This document shows positions 8,493 through 19,312 of a stretch of DNA of 64,000 bases, piece by piece. The notes beneath the pieces are model-generated. The model did no database searches and had not been told where the DNA came from. It saw nothing but the letters and a program-made list of their open reading frames with translations. Each line of letters starts with the position of its first letter. Within the stretch, counting starts at the first letter, position 1. A program made the translations under genes and the position numbers. The DNA comes from a virus (lineage: Duplodnaviria; Caudoviricetes): the IMG/VR virus record IMGVR_UViG_2974531088_000001, positions 6,708-70,707 of that record; one strand, 5' to 3'.

Positions 8493-11400
8493 GTGCCCGT
8501 GGGGACCACTGAGGAACGGGTTGTCCTTACCGTTGAGACTAAGGACGAACTCACGGCACCCCTTCAAGACATGACCAAAAAGGTGGAAGCCGCCAGCGAC
8601 CGGGTGGCCAAAGCTTCCCAGCGCGAGGCGTCCGCCGTCGAAAAGGCCATGGGCCAGGTCACCAAGTCCACCACCACCGTGGCTGGCGGGTCCGAGAAAA
8701 TGGCGAAAGCCTTTGATCAGGCAACAGGCGGCATGGGGTCCAGCGCCGGCCGCGCGGGCGACGTTATCAACTCCCGGCTTGGCGGCGCCGTTGACCGGGC
8801 CATGCGCAATGTAGCTGCCTCAATCCGGGCAGCCACCCCCGGCATTATCGCCAACGCCGAACGCATCGGCAGCGGCATTGGTTCGGCCCTTGCCGGGGCC
8901 GTCAACACCTCAGTGACCGTTGGCGACAAAATAGGCACCGCCTTGAGTTCCGGCATGGAAACCGCCGGCAAGACCATGGCCATTGGCGGGGCTATCGTGG
9001 GCGGCGTCGTCGCCAAGGCCATTAGCGGTGGCATCAACCGCCAACTGAACATTGAAGACGCCCGGGCTAAGCTGTCCGGTCTTGGCACGGACGCGGCCAC
9101 CGTGAACAGCATCATGGATTCGGCCCTAGCTGCCGTCCAGGGCACCGCGTTTGGGCTGGATTCGGCAGCTACCGCCGCCGCGTCTGCCGTGGCCTCTGGC
9201 ATCCAGCCAGGCAAGGATTTGACCCGCACCCTAAAGCTTGTGGGCGACGCTGCCACCATTGCTGGCACCGACTACGGCGAAATGGGCGCGATCTTCAACA
9301 AGATTTCAGCGTCGGGCGTGATCCAGGGCGAGGAACTGGCGCAGCTTGGCGACCGAGGCATCCCCATTTTGCAGTTGCTTGCCAAGGAAATGGGCGTTAC
9401 CGCGGCTGAGGTCAAAGACCTTGCCTCCAAGGGCAAGGTTGACTTTGCTACCTTCCAGAACGCCATGGAAAAGGGCATGGGTGGCGCTGCCCTCAAGTCC
9501 GGCGAAACGACACGTGGCGCTATGGCCAACATGGGCGCGGCACTCTCTCGCGTGGGTGCCACTCTCACGGCTGGGTTCTTCCCGCTGGCAGTTGGCGGCT
9601 TCAACGAGGTAACCAAGACCCTTGACGGCATGAATAAGGAAATCAAGCCAGCCGCCACGGCGTTTGGTACTTGGTTTGCTGGCAAGGCTGGCCCCGTGGT
9701 GGCCAACTTCTCACAGAACGCCCTCAAAGCCTTTGGTGAAGTAACGGGCGGTTTCGTGGCCATGCGCGCCGCCTACAACTCAGCCGACGACGGCATCACG
9801 TCCAGTGGGCTGCCCGGTTTCATGGAACGCATCGGCATTGCCGCTGGCAAGGTCCGCGACGCCGTGGCTGGCATGAATCCGAACCTTGACAACCTCAAGG
9901 CGCTGGTTGGTCCACTGGCTGGCATGTTCTTGGCCATGGGTTCCGGCCTGTTGGGTAACCTGCCGATCATTGGCCGGTTCCTGCCGGTGCTGAACCCGTT
10001 CTTGGGCATCCTGCTGGGTCTTATCGCAGCGAGCCCGGAACTACGCCGTGCCCTTGGGGACGCATTCAACGCCATTGTTCCCGCGCTGGCTGCCGTAGCG
10101 GCTGCCTTTGCCCCGCTGGTGCCCATCCTGGCTGACGTGGTGGCGTTCGGCGTCGACTTGTTGGTCAACGTGCTGGACAAGCTTGTGCCCATGTTCCCGG
10201 TCCTTGTGCCGCTGGTGGTGGCCTTTGTCGCCGCCGCCAAGCTCGCTGGCCCGGTCATGGCTGCGTGGCGGACGGGCGTAGTGCTGTTCACCGCCGCACA
10301 GGTGGGCTTCCAAGCCGCTATGGGAATCAGCACGGTGCTGACTCAAGCGCAGACCGCAGCGACCGAGCGCGGCACGGCTGGATTTATCGCCATGAAGGTT
10401 GCGCAGTACGGCGCCGTAGTGGCGTTGGCCGTGGCCACCGCAGCGCAGTGGGCTTTCAACGCCGCCCTAACGGCTAACCCCATCGGGCTGATTATCGCCG
10501 CCATTGTGGGCCTGGTAGCTGGCATCATTTGGGCCTATAACAACGTGGGTTGGTTCAAAGACGGCGTAGATGCCGCAATGCGCTGGATTGGCGAGGCGTT
10601 CCAGAACGTAGTCAACTGGTGGAACTCCGATTTCATGCCGGCCCTGTCCGCCGTGGGCCAATGGTTCGTGGACGTGTTCACCAACGTAAGCACATTCCTG
10701 ACGGACACTTTCACGAACATAGGTAACTGGTTCCGCGATTTCATCGGCTTTTTCGTTGACGGCTGGGGCATGCTGGTTGATTTCTGGAACGGCATTTTGC
10801 TGCCAGCAATCCAAGCCGTAGGCGATTTCTTCGCGCCGATCCTTGACTGGATTTCCCGCCTGATTTGGAACGCCACGACCATTGCCGTGGCGCTGTTCCT
10901 CAAGCTGGTGGATTTCTGGAACATGGTCTTGCTCCCGGCCCTGCAAGCCGTAGGTAACTGGTTCCGGGACATTTTCACCTGGATTTACGAAACCATCGTC
11001 CGGCCCGTGGTGGACGGCATAGTTGGCCTGTTCCGCATGGTGGTGGACTGGTGGAACATGACGTTCCTGCCAGCCCTCCAGGCTGTCGGTCAGTGGTTCA
11101 GCGACATTTTTAGCTGGATTTACAACACCATCATTCTGCCGTACATCACTTTTTGGATTGATGCATTCCGTATGGTCACGGACTGGTGGAACATGACGTT
11201 CCTGCCAGCGCTGCAAGCCGTGGGCCAGTGGTTCTCCGACGTGCTGAACTGGATTTACAACGTGATCGTGAAGCCAGTTATCGACCTTGTGGTCGGTGCC
11301 TTTACGGCCCTCACGGACTGGTGGAATAACACCCTTTCGCCCATGATCACCACCGTAGCTGGCTGGTTCCGGGACGGAATCGGTAACGCGATTTCAGGGG

Positions 11401-12029
11401 TCAAGGGCTTCATTGACGACCTGATAAAGGGCTTCGAGGGCTTCATTTCCTTCTGGACGGCGACCCTCAAGCCGGTAGCTGACGCCATAGCTGAAATCTT
11501 CCGCGGCATCGGTGATGCTATCGGAAACGCCCTCGGCAAAATGGGCGAATTCATGAACAACCCTCTTGGTGGCATCCAAGATTGGCTGAACATTGACAAG
11601 GACGAAAACGGGCAAGGTGTCATGCCCGGGGCATCCGGTGGCGGCGTGTTCAGCGGCGGCGGCGTGCTTGGTCTGGACGGCGGCGGCGTCCTCCCGGGCT
11701 ACGCCCCGGGCAAGGACACAATCCCGGCCATGCTGTCCCGCGGCGAGTCCGTGCTGGTCCCCGAGCTCACGGCAGCGATTGGCCCGGGCAACATTATGGC
11801 GCTCAACCGCGAGTTCAGCGGCGGACGCCCTGCCGGGTCCGGCCCGTCCGCGTCGCTGCTGTCCGCAGTAGGCGGCGGCGGTGGCAGCACCATGACGGTG
11901 GAGCGCGGCGCCGTTCAGGTCAACATCACCAACGAGGGCGGCGGGGCTGCCGTTTCGGAAGCTGACATTGAGGCAATCCGCCAAGCGGTAAACGAGGTAT
12001 TCGAGGAAATGCGCAGGAGGGGTTACTAA
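8493..12029 (+). CDS. Tape measure protein
   Basis: 1178 aa, Ala/Gly-rich, with a central tape-measure domain ([12 protein letters not shown]), periodic W/F repeats and a C-terminal [11 protein letters not shown] motif. Confidence 0.92.
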   Translation: MPVGTTEERVVLTVETKDELTAPLQDMTKKVEAASDRVAKASQREASAVEKAMGQVTKSTTTVAGGSEKMAKAFDQATGGMGSSAGRAGDVINSRLGGAVDRAMRNVAASIRAATPGIIANAERIGSGIGSALAGAVNTSVTVGDKIGTALSSGMETAGKTMAIGGAIVGGVVAKAISGGINRQLNIEDARAKLSGLGTDAATVNSIMDSALAAVQGTAFGLDSAATAAASAVASGIQPGKDLTRTLKLVGDAATIAGTDYGEMGAIFNKISASGVIQGEELAQLGDRGIPILQLLAKEMGVTAAEVKDLASKGKVDFATFQNAMEKGMGGAALKSGETTRGAMANMGAALSRVGATLTAGFFPLAVGGFNEVTKTLDGMNKEIKPAATAFGTWFAGKAGPVVANFSQNALKAFGEVTGGFVAMRAAYNSADDGITSSGLPGFMERIGIAAGKVRDAVAGMNPNLDNLKALVGPLAGMFLAMGSGLLGNLPIIGRFLPVLNPFLGILLGLIAASPELRRALGDAFNAIVPALAAVAAAFAPLVPILADVVAFGVDLLVNVLDKLVPMFPVLVPLVVAFVAAAKLAGPVMAAWRTGVVLFTAAQVGFQAAMGISTVLTQAQTAATERGTAGFIAMKVAQYGAVVALAVATAAQWAFNAALTANPIGLIIAAIVGLVAGIIWAYNNVGWFKDGVDAAMRWIGEAFQNVVNWWNSDFMPALSAVGQWFVDVFTNVSTFLTDTFTNIGNWFRDFIGFFVDGWGMLVDFWNGILLPAIQAVGDFFAPILDWISRLIWNATTIAVALFLKLVDFWNMVLLPALQAVGNWFRDIFTWIYETIVRPVVDGIVGLFRMVVDWWNMTFLPALQAVGQWFSDIFSWIYNTIILPYITFWIDAFRMVTDWWNMTFLPALQAVGQWFSDVLNWIYNVIVKPVIDLVVGAFTALTDWWNNTLSPMITTVAGWFRDGIGNAISGVKGFIDDLIKGFEGFISFWTATLKPVADAIAEIFRGIGDAIGNALGKMGEFMNNPLGGIQDWLNIDKDENGQGVMPGASGGGVFSGGGVLGLDGGGVLPGYAPGKDTIPAMLSRGESVLVPELTAAIGPGNIMALNREFSGGRPAGSGPSASLLSAVGGGGGSTMTVERGAVQVNITNEGGGAAVSEADIEAIRQAVNEVFEEMRRRGY

Positions 12030-12697
12030 TGGTCAGCATCTTGGTGAATAAGCCGCAGTATTGGCACACCATGCGCGTTATCACGCATGACGGGTTTCAG
12101 GGGTCCATGCACTCGACGCCTACGGGCTTTCAGTATGGCGACGTTGCCAAGTACGGGCAGATTGAGCGCGAGGGCAAAAAGGCCATTTCCCGGCTGGTAG
12201 CTCCCGGGCTGCGCACGCTGTCATTCACGCAGACGGTGGCCAGCCTGGACTACCAACAGACCATTGAGCCAATCGTCCAGCGCTTCACCAACTTGTCCGC
12301 CGCCGGCGTCCGGGTCCGCTTCCCCAACGGGTCCGGGCCGTTCGAGCAACCATGCTGGTGGCTCATAAAAGACCTGTCGGTGAACGTCACCCGGCGCGCC
12401 TTGGACAACTCCATAAGCTATGCCACCGTGTCTTGGTCCCTTGAGGAACACGTCGACGTGGCTGCCAACGCGATCCGGCCCCGCCCGGTGCCCAAAGCGC
12501 CCGTAGTGCCGCCCAAGCCGGTGGCCGCGCCGTCGCGCACCTACCGGGTAGTGTCCGGCGATTGCCTGTGGTTCATTGCCCAACGTTTCCTTGGTAACGG
12601 GGCGCGCTGGCCCGAAATTTACAACCTCAACCGGGCCGTCATTGGCGGTAACCCCAATCTGATCTTCCCGGGCCAGGTCTACAGGATTCCGGGGTAA
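12029..12697 (+). CDS. Tail-tube initiator with C-terminal LysM domain
   Basis: [18 protein letters not shown]…IYNLN…[14 protein letters not shown]. Confidence 0.85.
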   Translation: MVSILVNKPQYWHTMRVITHDGFQGSMHSTPTGFQYGDVAKYGQIEREGKKAISRLVAPGLRTLSFTQTVASLDYQQTIEPIVQRFTNLSAAGVRVRFPNGSGPFEQPCWWLIKDLSVNVTRRALDNSISYATVSWSLEEHVDVAANAIRPRPVPKAPVVPPKPVAAPSRTYRVVSGDCLWFIAQRFLGNGARWPEIYNLNRAVIGGNPNLIFPGQVYRIPG

Positions 12698-12702
12698 CGG
12701 GC

Positions 12703-14046
12703 ATGGGAAGCACACTTGACGCCAACCGGCTCAAGAACATTTCAGTGACCGGCAAGGGGCTGGACGCTGACCTTGTGGAAGCTTGCATAAAGGCGAGCTT
12801 TTCCACCAGCACGTCCCAGGTAACTGAGTTCTCACTGACGTTCTTGGACACCATGGACCTGCAAACCTTCCGTTCGGGGATCCTCAATTCCGGCGCCACG
12901 GTCAAATATGGTGGCTGGTTCATGGTGTCCCGGGTGGTGTCTTTGGCGTCTGGTCCGGCTGGCCCGGAACTGACGGTAAAAGCGCCGTCCGCGTTTGTGG
13001 AGGGCTTCAAGTCTGAGATTGGGGGCCACTCGTGGGGCGAACAGGACGTCGCCGCGTGGGTGGTAGCTCAAGGCCAGCGCCGGGGCATGGTCACCGTGGT
13101 GCAACCGGGGCTTGGGCGCCGCACCATCGTTAGAGCTGCCTCTGACGGGGACAACAAAGAAAGCACTTGGGACGTCATGGCGGGGCTGGCCACCGCAACG
13201 GGATGCTGGCTGTTCGAGTATGGGTCCGTTATCGTTTTCGCGCGCCCGTCATGGCTCATGAAGGTGGACTGGGGCGGACGGCATTGGCCGTTTTACTGGA
13301 ACCATTGGGCTGACTACAGCGAGGGCTTGCAGGGCATGCCGGCGTACACCAACGACCCGGGCAGCAACCCGGCTGAGTCGTTGACGTTGAAGCTGGTATC
13401 TGCTGACGCTGACGAGGCGCGCCCGGGCGACCGGGTGACCATTGAGGGCGCGGCCGTCGGTTCCATGGCTGGTGAGTGGATCGTTGTAGGGGTCAGCTAC
13501 CCCATGAGCGTCAACGGCGTGGTGACTCTCTCTTGCCAGCGCCCCATTGACCCGGTGATCCCGCCCGAAAACACCGGCACGGGCACCGCCGGCGTGGTAG
13601 CCAAAAAGCCCACCGTGGTGAGTGTGGCCACGAACAAGCCAAGCGCCGGGGCGAACACGTCCGGCGTTGACGCATGGGTTGCCCGGACCAAGGGCCGGTA
13701 CGTTGACACTGACGGCGCCTATGGTGCGCAGTGCGTGGACCTGGTGAGCCTCTATAACACTCAGTTTGTGGGAGGCCGCGCCCTGTTCGGTAACGGCAAT
13801 CAGTGGTACAACAACCCGGCAGCCAGTGCCAGCTACATCAAGGTGCCACCGAGCCAGCGCGCGCAAAAGGGTGACATTGCTTGCTGGGGCGGCGTCTACG
13901 GCGGCGGTTACGGCCACGTGTGCATTGTCATTGAGGATAAGGGCGGTTCTGTCTACACGCTGACGCAGAACCCCGGCCCCGCGCACTTTGAAACCCTCAC
14001 CAAGTCCGGGCTGCAGGGCTACCTCCGACCACGAAAGTTCGCATAA
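12703..14046 (+). CDS. Baseplate hub fused to a CHAP peptidoglycan hydrolase
   Basis: N-terminal hub-like region; C-terminal GAQCVDL…GNGNQW…KGDIACW…YGHVCIV…TQN with intact Cys/His. Confidence 0.85.
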   Translation: MGSTLDANRLKNISVTGKGLDADLVEACIKASFSTSTSQVTEFSLTFLDTMDLQTFRSGILNSGATVKYGGWFMVSRVVSLASGPAGPELTVKAPSAFVEGFKSEIGGHSWGEQDVAAWVVAQGQRRGMVTVVQPGLGRRTIVRAASDGDNKESTWDVMAGLATATGCWLFEYGSVIVFARPSWLMKVDWGGRHWPFYWNHWADYSEGLQGMPAYTNDPGSNPAESLTLKLVSADADEARPGDRVTIEGAAVGSMAGEWIVVGVSYPMSVNGVVTLSCQRPIDPVIPPENTGTGTAGVVAKKPTVVSVATNKPSAGANTSGVDAWVARTKGRYVDTDGAYGAQCVDLVSLYNTQFVGGRALFGNGNQWYNNPAASASYIKVPPSQRAQKGDIACWGGVYGGGYGHVCIVIEDKGGSVYTLTQNPGPAHFETLTKSGLQGYLRPRKFA

Positions 14047-14450
14047 TGACAACCGTTTGGTCTTGGCTGGTCCTGGCTCGCGTTTCCCGGCTGGTCCGGG
14101 ACATTCGGACAGGTGAGGGCACCGACGACGCCCACCGGGGATATGAGGGCATGCGGCTGGCCGTCGCTGAGGCTATCAGTCATGCTTGTGCGCCGGACGG
14201 GCTGAACTGGCCGCGCGAGGATGCCAAGCTGCTGGCTGTCCTGGAACGCGACGGGCACAGCATCCCCGTGGATTCTGCCCCGTATGGTTCAGTGGTGGAA
14301 ACGACCTCCGGGCGGCTGGGAATGGTCACCAATGGTGGGCTTATTGAGTCCAACGGGGATGCCCTGTCCGTGGTGCCGCGCGAGCCGGGGCGCTGGGTCC
14401 GCGCGTGGCTCATTCCCGGCGTTTCGTACTTTGGAAAGGCAACAACGTGA
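14046..14450 (+). CDS. Hypothetical baseplate-region protein
   Basis: Translationally coupled at both ends. Confidence 0.6.
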   Translation: MTTVWSWLVLARVSRLVRDIRTGEGTDDAHRGYEGMRLAVAEAISHACAPDGLNWPREDAKLLAVLERDGHSIPVDSAPYGSVVETTSGRLGMVTNGGLIESNGDALSVVPREPGRWVRAWLIPGVSYFGKATT

Positions 14451-16414
14451 GAAGCGCATTCCAGCAAGCGGTCAAACCCGGGGGGCTTCCACCCGCCCCG
14501 GATTCAGTCCGGGCGCTGTACCGCGGCACGGTCACTGACGTGCACTCTGACGGCATGATTTGGGTACTCGTGCCCCGCTTGTCCGGGGAAACCCCGGTCG
14601 GCCCCATGCCGGCGGCGTCCTACGCCCTGACCGTGGGGGAACGCGTCATTGTGGGCGCAATTGAGGACTCTAAAAGCGACCTCATGATCATTTGCCGCGA
14701 GTTTGGGGAATCAAGCGCGTTCCCGGCATTCGAGGGCGTCCACTTGAAGAACCCGCCCACCGGGCCGGATAACGCCGTGCGGAAGGACTACGCGGACGCG
14801 CTGGGTTCCGTGCTGGCCACGAATGACACGATTGTGCGCCGTGGCGTCACGGGGTCCGTGCTGGTGCAAGAGGCTTACCTCGGCGGCGTCCAGTCCGCAG
14901 CGAACGCGGCCACCCGCAAGAGCTACGTGGACGCCCAAGTTGCGCTGAAAATGCCCAAGGTGCCCACGGCGCTGCCTGGAACCGCGCACGACCTTGACGA
15001 CTTCCAAAGTCAGGACATTCTCCACCAGTCTTTCAACGCCGCTGCGTCAATCAGCATGAACTACCCCGTGGCGTTGGCTGGCCTGTTGGAAGTCTTCGCG
15101 CCGTCTGCCACGTTCATTTACCAGCGGTACACCACCTACAACACCACCACCCGCATTTTCTGGCGCGCCAAGTATTCAACGACAGCGTGGGGTGCCTGGA
15201 AGGAAGTCCAGGACGTTGCATCCTTCCTGACCGCACTGGCTGGCAAGGCCAACACCGCGCACACGCATGTGGCCGGGGACATTACCGGGGGCGTGTTCGC
15301 TGCCGCCCTGTTGCCAGCGGCCACCACCGCGACCCAGGGCGCTATGTCGGCAGCGGACAAAGCCAAGTTGGACGCGGCCACGATCAATGCCACGGCGTCC
15401 ACCATTGCTATGCGCAACAGCGCTGGCGACCTGACGGCCAATAACTACTTCATGCCAGCGGGTAACGCCCAATCGGCGCTTCCTCAGTCCTTGACCCGCC
15501 GTGACTATGTGGACGCTCAAGTTGCCACCAGGGCGGCGAGCTCGCACGGGCACACCTACGCGGACATTTCCGGCACGGTGCCCACGTCCGCGCTGCCGCC
15601 GCTGGCGATCAATGACACGTTCCCGGTGGCAAGCCAAGCCGCCATGCTCGCGCTGACCGCACAACGCGGCGATATGGCCATACGTTCCGACAATGGCCGC
15701 AGCTATGTGCTGTCCACAGACAGCCCGGGCACGCTCGCTGACTGGAAAGAAATTATGGCTGCCGGTCAGGTTCAGTCCGTGGCCGGTAAAACAGGCGTGG
15801 TGGCCTTGGTCAAGGCTGACGTTGGCCTTGGGTCCGTGGACAACACCAGCGACGCAGCCAAGCCGGTCAGCACCGCCACGCAGACCGCTCTCAACGCCAA
15901 GGCGAACACGTCCCACACGCATTTGTGGGCTGACCTCACGGACAAGCCGGCGACGTTCACGCCGTCCGCGCATGTCCACAGCGCCGCGGACCTCACCAGC
16001 GGCACGGTGCCGGTGGCGCGGCTGCCGCTGGCCACCACGTCCGCAGCCGGTGCCATGTCTTCCGCTGACAAGACCCTTTTTGACTCCATCAGCGAGGACA
16101 CGGGTTGGGTCAACGTTCCGCTTACGGCGCCATGGGTGAACTACGACGCCGGGGTGCACGCCACGGCCCAAGTGCGCCGAATCGGGCAAGACGTTGAGCT
16201 CAAGGCGTTTCTGAAGTCAGGATCCTTGGGCACCAACGTGGGTGTTATCCCGGCTGGGTTCCGGCCCGTCTCGCAGCGTTGGGGCACGGCCACATTCCAG
16301 TCCTCAATTGTGGGTTCCACCTTTAGCGTGGTCTACCCGGACGGCACGCTGTTTTTGGTGGGGTCCGGCGCCGTTACTTACGTGTCCATCGAAATGCGGT
16401 TCATGCTGGGTTAG
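14447..16414 (+). CDS. Baseplate spike (gp5/gpV OB-fold) fused to fibre repeats and knob domains
   Basis: GTG overlaps the upstream TGA. N-terminal LYRGTVTDV…VLVPRL…GERVIV; knob-like …QRYTTY…IFWRAKY…WGAWKEV; H-x-H fibre repeats; C-terminal DTGWVNV…RRIGQDVEL…IPAGFRP. Confidence 0.75.
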   Translation: MRSAFQQAVKPGGLPPAPDSVRALYRGTVTDVHSDGMIWVLVPRLSGETPVGPMPAASYALTVGERVIVGAIEDSKSDLMIICREFGESSAFPAFEGVHLKNPPTGPDNAVRKDYADALGSVLATNDTIVRRGVTGSVLVQEAYLGGVQSAANAATRKSYVDAQVALKMPKVPTALPGTAHDLDDFQSQDILHQSFNAAASISMNYPVALAGLLEVFAPSATFIYQRYTTYNTTTRIFWRAKYSTTAWGAWKEVQDVASFLTALAGKANTAHTHVAGDITGGVFAAALLPAATTATQGAMSAADKAKLDAATINATASTIAMRNSAGDLTANNYFMPAGNAQSALPQSLTRRDYVDAQVATRAASSHGHTYADISGTVPTSALPPLAINDTFPVASQAAMLALTAQRGDMAIRSDNGRSYVLSTDSPGTLADWKEIMAAGQVQSVAGKTGVVALVKADVGLGSVDNTSDAAKPVSTATQTALNAKANTSHTHLWADLTDKPATFTPSAHVHSAADLTSGTVPVARLPLATTSAAGAMSSADKTLFDSISEDTGWVNVPLTAPWVNYDAGVHATAQVRRIGQDVELKAFLKSGSLGTNVGVIPAGFRPVSQRWGTATFQSSIVGSTFSVVYPDGTLFLVGSGAVTYVSIEMRFMLG

Positions 16415-16423
16415 ACACCCCAG

Positions 16424-16459
16424 CCCGTCCCACAGTGAAACGCCGTTGCCCTCCACCAT
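16424..16459 (+). promoter_or_regulatory. Late-type promoter, leaderless
   Basis: CCCGTCCCACA-N19-CACCAT-N6-ATG(16466). Confidence 0.6.
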
Positions 16460-16465
16460 GGGGGC

Positions 16466-18403
16466 ATGGCACTTTCCAACACCCCACGCCTTGGGCTTGA
16501 GCAATACAGCGCTGGAACTGACCCGCACCCGGGCCGGACCAAGTTCAACGAGGAACGCGCCCTGCTGGACGCTTTGGTGGCCATTGCGTCCCAGGGCACC
16601 ACCGGGCAGCGTCCGGCAGCCGGTAAGGCGCGTTCGTTCTACTGGGACACCTCAGTCGACAGGCTGTATTTCGACAACGGCACGACCTGGAAGGAAGTCA
16701 CCACCAACGGTGGTGGCGGCGCCGGGTCCACCATTGTGCCGGGTGCTGCCGCTGCTGAGGGCACGTCCGGGCGGTCCGCTCGCGCGGACCACACCCACGC
16801 CCTTGCGCTGGCCACGGCAGCCGTCAACGGTGCCATGTCCGCTGCTGACAAAGCCAAGCTTGACGGCGCCGGCCCCGCCGCGACGGCCAACACCATTGTG
16901 ATGCTGGACGCTGCCGGACGCGCCAAGGTAGCGAACCCGTCCGCGACCACGGACATTGCAAACAAAACCTATGTGGACACCGCAATTGCTACCAAGGCAG
17001 CCACGGACCACGTGCACGACGCCGCAGACGTGACCACTGGCGTGTTCGCCGCCGCCCGTCTGCCGGTGGTTACAACCGCCGTGGCTGGCGCCATGACCGC
17101 TGCTGACAAGGTGAAACTGAACGCAGCCAGCGCGTTGGCGACTCCCAACACTCTGGTGATGCTGGACGCCAACGGGCGCACCCAAGTGGCTGCCCCGTCT
17201 GTTGGCGCGGACACGGCGAACAAGACTTATGTGGACGCTCAAGTTGCCACCAGGGCGGCGACGGCCCACAGCCACGCTTGGGGTGACATTACCAGCGGCG
17301 TTCCGGCGAGCTTTACCCCGTCCGCGCATGTGCACGCGGCTGCCGACGTCACTTCCGGCGTCTTCGCTGCTGCCCGTCTTCCCGCAGCAACTACCGCAGC
17401 GCAGGGCGCCATGAGCGCCGCTGACAAGACCAAGCTGGACGGCGCCACCGCGCTGGCCACCCCGTCAACACTGGTCATGCTGGACGCGTCCGGGCGCGCC
17501 GCCGTCGCTGCCCCCTCCGGTGGTGGAGACATTGCAAACAAGACCTATGTAGACGGTCAGGTTGCCACCAAAGCCAACACCACCCACACCCACACTTGGG
17601 GGCAGATCACGGGCGCGCCGGCAACCTATGCCCCGTCAGCGCACAACCATGATTGGTTCGACCTCACGGGCGTGCCCACGGCTTCCCGGACACAATCCGG
17701 CGTCATGTCCGCTTCCGCTTACGCGCTGCTCTACGACGCCACCGCGGCTTACGCCACAAGCAACATTGTTATGCGCGACGCGAACGGCAATATCGAAATC
17801 AACCGACCCGTCCAGGACATTGACGGCGCAAACAAGCTCTATGTTGACGACCAAATGAACGCGGCGCGCGCTGGCAAGCTGGACGTTTCGACGTTCACGG
17901 ACGCGATTTCCACCAGCGGCACGGCTCGCGCGATCCGGTCCCCCAACCTGGCGGCTTACATGACGTTCCACAACAGTGGCGTGGTGGAGTCGCCCGCGAT
18001 CTACAACACCAACGCGGCCAGCGGATCCAACTTCCGCGCCGTCTGGGTCAACAACACTGGCGGCTTGGGCTATAACCTTTCTTCCGAAAAGTACAAGACC
18101 AACATTCAGCCTTACGAGGTCCCGCTGGAAGTCTTGGAACAGATCGAACCCAAGCGCTTCCAGTACATCGAAAACGTGGAAGAAATGGGCGCTGAGGCTG
18201 CCCCCGTCCGCGTCAACTTCATTGCGGAACACCTCCACGACGCCGGACTAACCGAGTACGTCAGCTATGACGACGAGGGCACCGAGCGGGAGAACTGCCA
18301 AACCATTAACGAACAGCTAATGGTGAATGCGTTGTGGAGTTTCGCACGCCAACAGCAACGGCAGATTGCCGAGCTCCAGAACCACATCAACGGGACGGCA
18401 TAG
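16466..18403 (+). CDS. Tail fibre with C-terminal intramolecular chaperone (peptidase S74-like)
   Basis: Tandem ~100-aa repeats (H-x-H…GAMSAADK…ANKTYVD); C-terminal SSEKYKTNI…IEPKRFQY and a terminal coiled coil. Confidence 0.85.
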   Translation: MALSNTPRLGLEQYSAGTDPHPGRTKFNEERALLDALVAIASQGTTGQRPAAGKARSFYWDTSVDRLYFDNGTTWKEVTTNGGGGAGSTIVPGAAAAEGTSGRSARADHTHALALATAAVNGAMSAADKAKLDGAGPAATANTIVMLDAAGRAKVANPSATTDIANKTYVDTAIATKAATDHVHDAADVTTGVFAAARLPVVTTAVAGAMTAADKVKLNAASALATPNTLVMLDANGRTQVAAPSVGADTANKTYVDAQVATRAATAHSHAWGDITSGVPASFTPSAHVHAAADVTSGVFAAARLPAATTAAQGAMSAADKTKLDGATALATPSTLVMLDASGRAAVAAPSGGGDIANKTYVDGQVATKANTTHTHTWGQITGAPATYAPSAHNHDWFDLTGVPTASRTQSGVMSASAYALLYDATAAYATSNIVMRDANGNIEINRPVQDIDGANKLYVDDQMNAARAGKLDVSTFTDAISTSGTARAIRSPNLAAYMTFHNSGVVESPAIYNTNAASGSNFRAVWVNNTGGLGYNLSSEKYKTNIQPYEVPLEVLEQIEPKRFQYIENVEEMGAEAAPVRVNFIAEHLHDAGLTEYVSYDDEGTERENCQTINEQLMVNALWSFARQQQRQIAELQNHINGTA

Positions 18404-18405
18404 CT

Positions 18406-18693
18406 ATGTTCGCTGATATTCCCTCATGGATTGGCACGGACCTGACGCCGTGGGCGCTGGTCACCCTCGTGGTCCTTTCGATCCTCACGGGCCGGTTCCT
18501 GGTCCCCAAGCTCTACTACAACGAAATCAAGGCTGACCGGGACGCATGGAAGGCCGTTGCTGAGTCTCTGACCGGCGACGTGAAGACCATTAGCGGCGCG
18601 CTGCCCGGGGTGCTGGAAGTGGGCAAGTCCATGGATAAGGTCATGACCGCAGTACGGGAGAAAGCAGACGCGGAACGGGGGTCCGGCGAATGA
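18406..18693 (+). CDS. Membrane protein, lysis cassette
   Basis: N-terminal TM segment WALVTLVVLSILTG followed by a coiled coil. Confidence 0.7.
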   Translation: MFADIPSWIGTDLTPWALVTLVVLSILTGRFLVPKLYYNEIKADRDAWKAVAESLTGDVKTISGALPGVLEVGKSMDKVMTAVREKADAERGSGE

Positions 18694-18911
18694 ATGCGTT
18701 ACTCAGCAAGCTGTTTGGTTGGCAGAAATACACGGTGAGCCCGGAAGAAAAGCTGGCAACGACGGCAGCCATGACGGAAGCGCAACAGGTCAAAAAAGAG
18801 GTGGAAGCCTTGCAAAGCGAGTCTTCCACCGTTGGCGCCCGACAGCGCCACATTCGAGAAGAAAACAACTGGACCAGGTCTCTGGAACACGTATTTAGGG
18901 GTGCGCAATGA
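18690..18911 (+). CDS. Small coiled-coil protein, lysis cassette
   Basis: Overlapping start/stop at both ends. Confidence 0.65.
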   Translation: MNALLSKLFGWQKYTVSPEEKLATTAAMTEAQQVKKEVEALQSESSTVGARQRHIREENNWTRSLEHVFRGAQ

Positions 18912-19312
18912 AACGGGAAATCAGCATTGGGTTGGGGGTAATGCTGCTGACAGCATCGACGTTCCTACTGTCAGTCCACCAGTCAGTTACCGTGGTGCTG
19001 CTGATTCTGCTGGTGAGTTCCCTTGTGGTCCTCACGGCCTACTACATGCGGCGCGCACGGTGGCGCCAGTACCCTTCCGGGCGGGTATTCCTTTACCTGT
19101 TGCTGTCCTTTGACGCCCTGGTTATTTACTGGCTGTTCTCGCGCCTGATCCAAGAACGCGACTTACGAATTTTCGTCTTCAACATTCTTATTGCTGGCCT
19201 CATTGCCTCTATCTGGATGATTACCGCGACTTTCTGGAAAGCACAGCGTCACGCACGGGCCGAACGGTTACGCCGTTTGGATAACAACAAGAAAGAGGAA
19301 AACCAGCCATGA
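18908..19312 (+). CDS. Multi-pass membrane protein, lysis cassette
   Basis: Four hydrophobic segments and a basic C-terminus. Confidence 0.7.
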   Translation: MKREISIGLGVMLLTASTFLLSVHQSVTVVLLILLVSSLVVLTAYYMRRARWRQYPSGRVFLYLLLSFDALVIYWLFSRLIQERDLRIFVFNILIAGLIASIWMITATFWKAQRHARAERLRRLDNNKKEENQP

